From: Fidelibacterota bacterium
GTDB taxonomy: Bacteria; Fidelibacterota; Marinisomatia; Marinisomatales; TCS55
DNA length: 44,075 bases
NCBI GenBank assembly: GCA_036163755.1
Contig: JAYZKF010000057.1
Coordinates: forward strand, 1 to 44,075
Direction of reading: 5' to 3'
The notes beneath the pieces are model-generated. The model saw nothing but the letters and a program-made list of their open reading frames with translations. It was not told where the DNA came from and did not search any database. The stretch's first letter is position 1, and the number at the start of each line of letters is the position of its first letter. Shown here one piece after another: positions 34,128 through 41,560 of the stretch. The translations under genes were made by a program, and so were the position numbers.

Positions 34128-35516
34128 ATGGCAGCTTTTGATACTGTAGTGTTGGGTGGGGGTCCTGGAGGTTATGTCTCAGCAATACGCGCTGCTCAAT
34201 TGGGTAATAAAACGGCGATAATTGACCAAGATAGGCTAGGTGGAATATGTCTTAATTGGGGTTGTATACCAACAAAGGCACTATTAAAAAGCGCAGAAAT
34301 TCTACACTATATAAAAAATAGTGGAGGATACGGTATTAAAGTTCCAAAATATGATATTGATTTTGATCAGACCATTAAGCGAAGTAGAGATATTTCTTTT
34401 AACCTATCAAAAGGCATTGAATTTTTAATGAAAAAAAATAAAATAAAACATATCGTTGGTAGGGGTATGCTTAATTCAGAATCTGAGGTTATAGTTGATG
34501 ATGGTAAGAAAAAACAAAAAATTCAGGCTAAAAACATTATTATTGCAACTGGTGGTAGGGTCAAAAAATTTCCTGGAATAGAGTTCGATGGTATAAATAT
34601 TATTTCATCTAAAGAAGCCATGGTAGTTGAATCTCCTCCGAAAAAGTTAATTATTATTGGTGCTGGCGCTATCGGTGTTGAATTTGCATATTTTTTCAAT
34701 GAATTTGGGAGTCAGGTGCATCTGATTGAAATGATGCCAAATATTCTTCCTAATGAAGATTTAGAAATCTCAAAGGAGCTGGAAAAACTTTTTAAAAAAA
34801 CAGGAATTAATATTCATACAGATACTAAGGTATCTAATATTAAGAAATTGCAAAAAAATGTCAAGGTTTCCCTTGAAAAGGGAAAAACTTCAAAGATTAT
34901 TAATGCTGAAAAAGTTTTAATCGCGACAGGTGTTCAGGGCAATATTGAAGAAATAGGACTAGAGAATGTTGGAATAAAGACAGATAATGACTCAATAGTA
35001 ATAAATGAGTTTAATCAAACATCTGTGCGAAATATTTATGCAATAGGGGATGTATCTGGTCCTCCTTGGCTAGCTCATGTTGCTTCTGCTCAAGGTCATG
35101 TTGCAGCTGAACATGCTTCAGGTTTAACAACCCATCCATTAGATTATAGTAATGTACCAGCATGTACCTATTGTCAGCCGCAAGTAGCTTCCTTGGGACT
35201 CACTGAAAAAGCTGCTAAAGATAAAGGATATAAAATAAAAGTTGGCCGTTTTAAGTTTAGTGGAAGCGGTAAAGCACTTGCTATTGGGTCTTCAGAAGGA
35301 TTTATAAAAATTATTTTTGACGAAAAATATGGCGAATTACTTGGGTGTCATATTATTGGCCATGATGCAACAGAATTGATTGCTGAACTAACGATAGCTA
35401 AAGCTCTCGAAACGACATGGCAAGAGATAGCAATAACAATGCATGCACATCCAACTCTTTCCGAAGCTATTATGGAGGCAGCCCAAGATGCTTATGGACA
35501 AGGGATTCATCAGTAA
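34128..35516 (+). CDS. lpdA: Dihydrolipoyl dehydrogenase (E3)
   Basis: GGGPGGY FAD motif, redox-active disulfide GGICLNWGCIPTK, and C-terminal HAHPTLSE. Confidence 0.9.
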   Translation: MAAFDTVVLGGGPGGYVSAIRAAQLGNKTAIIDQDRLGGICLNWGCIPTKALLKSAEILHYIKNSGGYGIKVPKYDIDFDQTIKRSRDISFNLSKGIEFLMKKNKIKHIVGRGMLNSESEVIVDDGKKKQKIQAKNIIIATGGRVKKFPGIEFDGINIISSKEAMVVESPPKKLIIIGAGAIGVEFAYFFNEFGSQVHLIEMMPNILPNEDLEISKELEKLFKKTGINIHTDTKVSNIKKLQKNVKVSLEKGKTSKIINAEKVLIATGVQGNIEEIGLENVGIKTDNDSIVINEFNQTSVRNIYAIGDVSGPPWLAHVASAQGHVAAEHASGLTTHPLDYSNVPACTYCQPQVASLGLTEKAAKDKGYKIKVGRFKFSGSGKALAIGSSEGFIKIIFDEKYGELLGCHIIGHDATELIAELTIAKALETTWQEIAITMHAHPTLSEAIMEAAQDAYGQGIHQ

Positions 35517-36161
35517 ATGGGAACATCTATAAACATACTGGACTTGGGTAGAATGAGCTATAACTCTGCATGGGATATCCAAAAAAATTATCATCAAAAG
35601 GTTTTAACAGGCAAAGAACAAGATACTCTTATTTTAGTGGAGCATGAGCCAGTATATACTTTGGGTAAAAATGCAAATGATAATCATCTGCTTCAATCTG
35701 CATCAGAAGAGATAAAAGTCTATAGAATTGAAAGAGGTGGAGACATAACTTTTCATGGTCCAGGGCAAATCGTAGTCTATCCGATTTTGGATTTAAATAG
35801 ATACATTAAAAGTGTTTCGTGGTATATGAGAACATTGGAAAAAATTATAATAGATACACTATCAGATTTCAAAATAAAAGCTGAACTAAAAGATGGACTG
35901 ACAGGGGTTTGGGTCGGTGATGAGAAAATTGGTGCACAAGGAGTTAGAATTTCTCGATGGGTTACAATGCACGGATTGGCTCTTAACGTAAATACTGATC
36001 TTAGATATTTTGATGGAATTATACCTTGTGGAATATTTGATTATGGTGTTACATCTATGGAAAAATTAACAGGGAGCAAACAAGATATAAATAAAGTAAA
36101 AAATACAATTATCAAATATTTTAATAATATCCTTTCACATAAAAAAGTAAGATATAACTAA
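35517..36161 (+). CDS. lipB: Lipoyl(octanoyl) transferase
   Basis: EHEPVYTLG, ERGGDITFHGPGQ and the PCG region. It starts immediately after the lpd stop (TAAATG). Confidence 0.85.
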   Translation: MGTSINILDLGRMSYNSAWDIQKNYHQKVLTGKEQDTLILVEHEPVYTLGKNANDNHLLQSASEEIKVYRIERGGDITFHGPGQIVVYPILDLNRYIKSVSWYMRTLEKIIIDTLSDFKIKAELKDGLTGVWVGDEKIGAQGVRISRWVTMHGLALNVNTDLRYFDGIIPCGIFDYGVTSMEKLTGSKQDINKVKNTIIKYFNNILSHKKVRYN

Positions 36162-38167
36162 TGGCTAGATTGCACGGATTTCAAAAAAAGGAATTATTAG
36201 ATATTTATAATAAAATGTATCTTGCGCGAACTTTGGATGAAAAACAGTTGATTTTACTTAAGCAAGGAAAGGGGTTTTTTCATATTGGTTGTTCTGGCCA
36301 TGAAGGAGCACAGCTGGCAGCATCAAATAATCTGAATCCTGGAAAAGATTGGGTTTATCCGTACTATAGAGATGCCGCATTATGTCTAGGTCTTGGTATG
36401 ACCGGTAAAGAGCAACTCCTTTCATTTTTAGCCCGCGATGATGATCCGAATTCAGGTGGTCGACAAATGCCTCAGCACTATGGTCATAAAAATTTGAGAA
36501 TAGTAAGTCAATCAAGTCCAACTGGGACCCAATTTTTACAGGCAGTTGGTTGTGCAATGTCAAGGAAATGGGAAAAGACAAAAGAAGTTGTTTATGTTTC
36601 ATCAGGTGAAGGTAGTACAAGTGAAGGGGAGTTTCATGAAGCCTTAAATTGGTCTAGTCGTGAAAAGCTACCGGTAATATTTCATATTCAAGATAATCAA
36701 TATGCAATTAGTGTTCATATATCAGAGCAGACTTCTGGGTCTTCTGTTTATTCAATGGTTGGCGGTTATCAAAATCTATCAAGGTACAATGTTGATGGTA
36801 CCAATTTTTTTGAAACTGACCTTGCATTTAAACAAGCTGTAGAAAGGGCAAGGAAAGGGAAAGGGCCATCGGTAATTATTTCTCGAGTTATTCGGTTGTT
36901 ACCCCATTCTTCATCTGATGATCAAAGAAAGTATAGATCTGATAAAGATTTAGAATCCGATAAAAAAAAGGACCCAGTAGAGCTATTTGAAAAATATTGC
37001 ATAAATAAAAAAGTTGCTTTACCTAAAGATTTTGAGACTATAAGAAATAAAGTTTTTGAGCAAGTTAATTTGGATGCAGAATGGGCTGATAAACAAAACC
37101 ATCCTGATACATCTACCGCATTAGATCATGTTTATTCTGATCAAAGCAATTTAAAAGAAAAGTCATTAAAGACAATTAATGATAAGGTAGTGTTGGTTGA
37201 TGCAATTAATCATGCAATGTTTGAGGAAATGTCATTAAATAAAAAAATGGTTATTTATGGAGAAGATATTGCTGATCCAAAAGGTGGAGTTTTTACTGCA
37301 ACAAAAGGTTTGACAAAAGAATTTGGAAAAGATAGAGTTTTTAATTCCCCACTTGCTGAAGCATCAATTATTGGAACTGCAATTGGTCTTGCTGTTACAG
37401 GTTGGAAGCCATGTGTTGAAATACAGTTTGGGGATTATATCTGGCCAGCAATGATGCAGATTAGAAATGAGTTAGCTTCAATGCGTTATCGTTCCAATGG
37501 AAATTGGAAATGTCCATTGGTGATTCGGGTACCAGTAGGTGGATATATACATGGTGCCATATGCCATAGTCAATCTATTGATGGATATTTTATGCATATG
37601 CCAGGTATAAGGATTGCTTATCCATCTAATGCTTCTGATGCGAAAGGATTGCTTAAGGCAGCTTGCAGGATGGATGACCCCGTGATATTTATGGAGCATA
37701 AAGGATTATATCGCCAAGGATTTTCATCTACACCAGAGCCTGACGAAAATTATATATTACCATTTGGCAAAGCAAAAATTATCCAAGAAGGAAATATATT
37801 AACGATAATAACTTGGGGAGCAATGGTTCAAAAGTGTATAGAGTCTGTGAAAGCGTGTGAACTTGAAAAAGATATGGTTGAAATTATTGATCTAAGAACA
37901 TTAAATCCATTGGATCACAAAACTATTAGTTCTTCTGTTCAAAAAACAGGTAAAGTTTTAGTCGTTCATGAAGACAATTTAACGAATGGACCCGGAGCCG
38001 AGATTGCAGCTTTAATTGCAGAAAATAATTTTGAATATTTAGATGGGCCGGTTAAAAGAGTAGGCTCAGCTGATGCACATGTGCCTTATAATTGGCATTT
38101 AGAAGAAAAGGTGTTAGTTCAAAATAGTGATATTCAAAATGCATTAATTGAATTATTGGAGTATTAA
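36161..38167 (+). CDS. 2-oxoacid (branched-chain-type) dehydrogenase E1 component, fused alpha/beta subunits
   Basis: The N-terminal half carries TPP-binding alpha motifs (GHEGAQLA, SSGEGSTSEGEFHEALN). The C-terminal half carries beta motifs (FNSPLAEASIIGTAIGLA, IQFGDY). Length 668 aa. Confidence 0.85.
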   Translation: MARLHGFQKKELLDIYNKMYLARTLDEKQLILLKQGKGFFHIGCSGHEGAQLAASNNLNPGKDWVYPYYRDAALCLGLGMTGKEQLLSFLARDDDPNSGGRQMPQHYGHKNLRIVSQSSPTGTQFLQAVGCAMSRKWEKTKEVVYVSSGEGSTSEGEFHEALNWSSREKLPVIFHIQDNQYAISVHISEQTSGSSVYSMVGGYQNLSRYNVDGTNFFETDLAFKQAVERARKGKGPSVIISRVIRLLPHSSSDDQRKYRSDKDLESDKKKDPVELFEKYCINKKVALPKDFETIRNKVFEQVNLDAEWADKQNHPDTSTALDHVYSDQSNLKEKSLKTINDKVVLVDAINHAMFEEMSLNKKMVIYGEDIADPKGGVFTATKGLTKEFGKDRVFNSPLAEASIIGTAIGLAVTGWKPCVEIQFGDYIWPAMMQIRNELASMRYRSNGNWKCPLVIRVPVGGYIHGAICHSQSIDGYFMHMPGIRIAYPSNASDAKGLLKAACRMDDPVIFMEHKGLYRQGFSSTPEPDENYILPFGKAKIIQEGNILTIITWGAMVQKCIESVKACELEKDMVEIIDLRTLNPLDHKTISSSVQKTGKVLVVHEDNLTNGPGAEIAALIAENNFEYLDGPVKRVGSADAHVPYNWHLEEKVLVQNSDIQNALIELLEY

Positions 38168-39432
38168 TGATTGTAGATATTGTAATGCCAAAAATGGGTG
38201 AGTCCATAACTGAAGGGACCATTATTGAATGGAGAAAAAAAGTAGGTGACGCAATTAAAATGGATGAAATAATCCTTGAGATTGGTACTGATAAAGTTGA
38301 TTCTGAAATCCCAAGTTCTACTGACGGTGTATTGATCGAAATTATTGGAAAACCAAATGATGTGATGGAAGTAGGTGCTGTGATTGCAAGAGTTGAAACT
38401 GATTCAAAGGCTTCAGTTATTGAAAAACCCGTAGAAGAAAAAGAAGATATAGTTCTTGAAAAAAATATTGAATCAAAACCAGTAGTCCAGAAAAAAGTTT
38501 CAATTAAATCAAGCTTAACCGAGAAGAAATTTTTTACACCGGTTGTTAATAGAATTGCTGAAGAAAACAATATAGATCATGGTGAATTAATGAACATTAA
38601 AGGTAGCGGAAAAGGTGGAAGGGTAACAAAGGTTGATATCCTTAGTTATATAAAGAATCGCCAGGATTCAAGCCTTGAAGTAATGTCAAAAGATCAACAA
38701 GATATACCATCTCATGCTTTTTCTAATGAAGAAGATAAAATAGAGATGGATCATATGAGAAAATTAATTGCAGACCATATGAGATCTAGCATAGATACAT
38801 CGGCGCATGTTTATGTCATGACTGAGGTTGATATGACAAAGATTGTTGATTATGTTTCACTAAAACAAGAATCTTTTTTTCAAAGAGAAGGATATAGTTT
38901 AACCTATACTCCTTTTATAATTCAGGCATGTGTTAAAGCTCTGGGCCAATTTCCGGATATGAATTCATCTTTAGATGAGAATTCAATTATTCATCATAAA
39001 AATATAAATATTGGTATGGCTGTCGCAGTAGATAATGGACTTATGGTGCCAGTTATATTAAACTGTGAAGAATTAAATTTTTTAGGAATATGTAGAAAAG
39101 TTCGTGATCTAGTATTGAGAACTAGAAACAAAGAATTAAATGCAGATGAGCTACAAGGTTCAACATTTTCTATTTCTAATTTTGGGGTTTTCAATGTAAC
39201 AATGGGTACTCCGATTATCAATCAGCCAAACGTTGGAATTTTAGGCGTTGGAGTCGTAAAGAAAAGACCTGTCGTAATAGAAACAAATGATGGGGACACT
39301 ATAGGTATTAAAAGCATGATGTACTTGTCGCTTGGCTTCGATCATCGCTTAATCGATGGTGCAGGTGGTAGCCAATTTATTGAATCGATCCGTGAAAATA
39401 TTGAAAAGATTGATTTAGAAAGTTTATTATAA
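38167..39432 (+). CDS. Dihydrolipoamide acyltransferase (E2)
   Basis: Lipoyl domain MPKMGESITEGTI...EIGTDKVDSEIPS, an E3-binding domain (TPVVNRIAEENNID), and a catalytic domain ending in DHRLIDGA. Confidence 0.9.
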   Translation: MIVDIVMPKMGESITEGTIIEWRKKVGDAIKMDEIILEIGTDKVDSEIPSSTDGVLIEIIGKPNDVMEVGAVIARVETDSKASVIEKPVEEKEDIVLEKNIESKPVVQKKVSIKSSLTEKKFFTPVVNRIAEENNIDHGELMNIKGSGKGGRVTKVDILSYIKNRQDSSLEVMSKDQQDIPSHAFSNEEDKIEMDHMRKLIADHMRSSIDTSAHVYVMTEVDMTKIVDYVSLKQESFFQREGYSLTYTPFIIQACVKALGQFPDMNSSLDENSIIHHKNINIGMAVAVDNGLMVPVILNCEELNFLGICRKVRDLVLRTRNKELNADELQGSTFSISNFGVFNVTMGTPIINQPNVGILGVGVVKKRPVVIETNDGDTIGIKSMMYLSLGFDHRLIDGAGGSQFIESIRENIEKIDLESLL

Positions 39433-40268
39433 TGCCAATCGATCATGTCCTAAAGCTTTATTCAGAATCTATTCGTTCTCCTTATTTACATTATGGATTT
39501 TGGGATGAACCTGAATCGATTGACCCAAATGAATTAACATTAGATGATATGGTAAAAGCCCAAGGTCGTTATATTGAACATTTGGCTTCCTTTATACCTC
39601 AAGATGTAAAGACAATTTTAGATGTTGGCGCTGGAATTGGTGGTAATTCAAGTTATCTTATATCCAAGGGATACGAAGTTGAAGCATTATCGCCTGATGA
39701 ATATCAAGAAATCGTCTTTAAAGAAAAATATGATGGGCAAGTAAAGTTTCATAGATCAAAATTTGAAAATTTTGAACCAGAAAGAAAATATGATCTAGTG
39801 TTTGAGAGTGAAAGTGCCTGCTATATTGAGATTGAACCGGGATGGAAAACTGCACAAAAAACAGTACGTGATGGAGGTTATTTACTAGCTTCTGACTATT
39901 TTCTTCATCATAATGATGGGAGTGGTGATTGGCATATTAAGGCTTCCCATGATGAGAAGAATTATATGAAAAAAGCTGAAGAATATGGTTTCAAATTAAT
40001 TAATGAATTTGACCAAACTGAGAATACTATGCCAACTTTAGATGGGGCAAAAGCATTAATGGAAAGGTTTATCTTTCCTACACTTGAATTTTCGTCTAAT
40101 TATTTGGGGAAAAATCATCCGTTTATTTTGAAAGTAATTAAAAAGGCTTTTGGTAAAAAAGTAGATGATAAAATGGAACAGCTCTCACTACTTAATAGTA
40201 AGGATTTTAAAAAATATAAAAGGTATATGATTTTTTTGTTTCAGAAAGTTCGAAATCATCATGGATAG
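39432..40268 (+). CDS. Class I SAM-dependent methyltransferase
   Basis: LHYGFW pre-motif and motif I ILDVGAGIGGNSSYL. Length 278 aa. It overlaps E2 (TAATG) upstream and lipA (8 nt) downstream. Confidence 0.75.
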   Translation: MPIDHVLKLYSESIRSPYLHYGFWDEPESIDPNELTLDDMVKAQGRYIEHLASFIPQDVKTILDVGAGIGGNSSYLISKGYEVEALSPDEYQEIVFKEKYDGQVKFHRSKFENFEPERKYDLVFESESACYIEIEPGWKTAQKTVRDGGYLLASDYFLHHNDGSGDWHIKASHDEKNYMKKAEEYGFKLINEFDQTENTMPTLDGAKALMERFIFPTLEFSSNYLGKNHPFILKVIKKAFGKKVDDKMEQLSLLNSKDFKKYKRYMIFLFQKVRNHHG

Positions 40269-41130
40269 CAAAGTAGCGATTTCAAAAAAACCAAAGATTC
40301 GTCTTCAATTTGGTAAAGGATACAAATTTGTTGAAAAGACTGTTTCAAAAAATCATCTTCATACTGTTTGTGAAGAAGCTCGATGTCCTAATATTTATGA
40401 ATGCTGGGATAGGGGAACAGCTACTATAATGATATTAGGAGATATTTGTACTCGGGCCTGTGGATTTTGCTCTGTTAAAACTGGTTTACCCAGAAAGTTA
40501 GATGAAATGGAGCCTATTCGGACAGCAATGGCAGTAAAAAAAATGAATTTGAAACATGTTGTCATTACTTCAGTTGACCGTGATGATTTGAAAGGTGACT
40601 TTGGAGCAAGAGTATGGGCTGAAACTATCAAGCAAGTCCATAAACATGTGCCCAAATGCACTGTGGAGGTTTTAACACCGGATTTTCAGGGATATCAACC
40701 TGCACTTGAAATAGTTTTTAACGCAAAGCCTGAAATATTCTCACACAATATTGAATGCATAGAACGTATAAGTAAAAAAGTTAGAGCTCAAGCGGTATGG
40801 TTAAGGAGCTTGGAAGTTTTAAAGCAATCTGTAGGTTTTGGTTTGAGAACCAAAACTGGAATGATGGTTGGTTTGGGAGAATCAAAAGATGAGGTAATCG
40901 AAACCATGAAAGAAATAGTTGATCTAGGAGTAGATATTTTTACTATTGGACAATATTTGCAACCAACTAAGAATCATCTTGAAGTAAAACGTTATGTTGA
41001 AGATGAAGAATTTTTTTACTACAAGGAAAAAGGTCTTGAATTAGGTTTTCAAGTAGTTGAGTCTGGGCCACTAGTTAGAAGCTCATACCATGCTGATGAA
41101 CAAGCTAGGTTGGTCTCAGAAAAAGTATGA
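40261..41130 (+). CDS. lipA: Lipoyl synthase
   Basis: Auxiliary cluster CEEARCPNIYEC, radical SAM cluster CTRACGFCSV, and C-terminal RSSY. Confidence 0.9.
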   Translation: MDSKVAISKKPKIRLQFGKGYKFVEKTVSKNHLHTVCEEARCPNIYECWDRGTATIMILGDICTRACGFCSVKTGLPRKLDEMEPIRTAMAVKKMNLKHVVITSVDRDDLKGDFGARVWAETIKQVHKHVPKCTVEVLTPDFQGYQPALEIVFNAKPEIFSHNIECIERISKKVRAQAVWLRSLEVLKQSVGFGLRTKTGMMVGLGESKDEVIETMKEIVDLGVDIFTIGQYLQPTKNHLEVKRYVEDEEFFYYKEKGLELGFQVVESGPLVRSSYHADEQARLVSEKV

Positions 41131-41447
41131 TCCAAAATAAAAACTTAATTTATGGTTTAGTTGTAATCTCAGGATTTATACTTGTTTGGTTGGTATATGC
41201 AGATCAAGGTATCGAACCAAAGCCGGACATATTTAGTGAAGAATCGCCATTAATATTAATAGATGGGAAAGTTCCTCCTAAATTGTCAAGGTTTCCCGCG
41301 CACTTACAGTTTATCGATGAACAGACATGTTTGCAATGCCATGCAACTGAGCGAAAAATGAACTTTGGCGCTGGACCAGTCGTAGCAAAAAAGATGCCTC
41401 ATGAATTCCGTGATAATTGTTCAAGCTGTCATATATTAGAAAAATGA
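41127..41447 (+). CDS. Small membrane-anchored dihaem c-type cytochrome (NapB-like motif spacing)
   Basis: N-terminal TM helix (LIYGLVVISGFILVWLVYA). Two CxxCH haem-binding motifs, CLQCH and CSSCH, each preceded by a P(A/H)H-type segment (FPAH..., MPHEFRDNCSSCH). Length 106 aa. ATGA overlap with lipA. Confidence 0.6.
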   Translation: MIQNKNLIYGLVVISGFILVWLVYADQGIEPKPDIFSEESPLILIDGKVPPKLSRFPAHLQFIDEQTCLQCHATERKMNFGAGPVVAKKMPHEFRDNCSSCHILEK

Positions 41448-41512
41448 ACCATTTAGGCATAAAATCCGTAAATTTTTGTAAATTATATGTCAAAATTGCA
41501 TATTAATATTTT

Positions 41513-41527
41513 TGGCACAAAATTTGA
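41513..41527 (+). promoter_or_regulatory. Candidate sigma54-type -24/-12 element upstream of lon (TGGCAC-N5-TTGA)
   Basis: TGGCAC (41513-41518), a 5-nt spacer, then TTGA (41524-41527), compared with the consensus TGGCAC-N5-TTGC(A/T). It lies 34 nt upstream of the lon ATG. There is one mismatch in the critical -12 GC. Confidence 0.25.
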
Positions 41528-41560
41528 GCCATTAATTAATGACAAATTAAAAGGAATATT

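Noticed and set aside
36258-37699. Minus-strand ORFs 36258-36620 and 37478-37699.
   Set aside because: They are antisense to the fused E1 gene and are shadow ORFs without recognisable features.
38052-38570. 172-aa ORF on the minus strand.
   Set aside because: It lies antisense to the E1/E2 junction, whose plus-strand products have unmistakable conserved motifs. The translated sequence is low-complexity (S/T/I/F-rich), typical of the reverse frame of AT-rich coding DNA.
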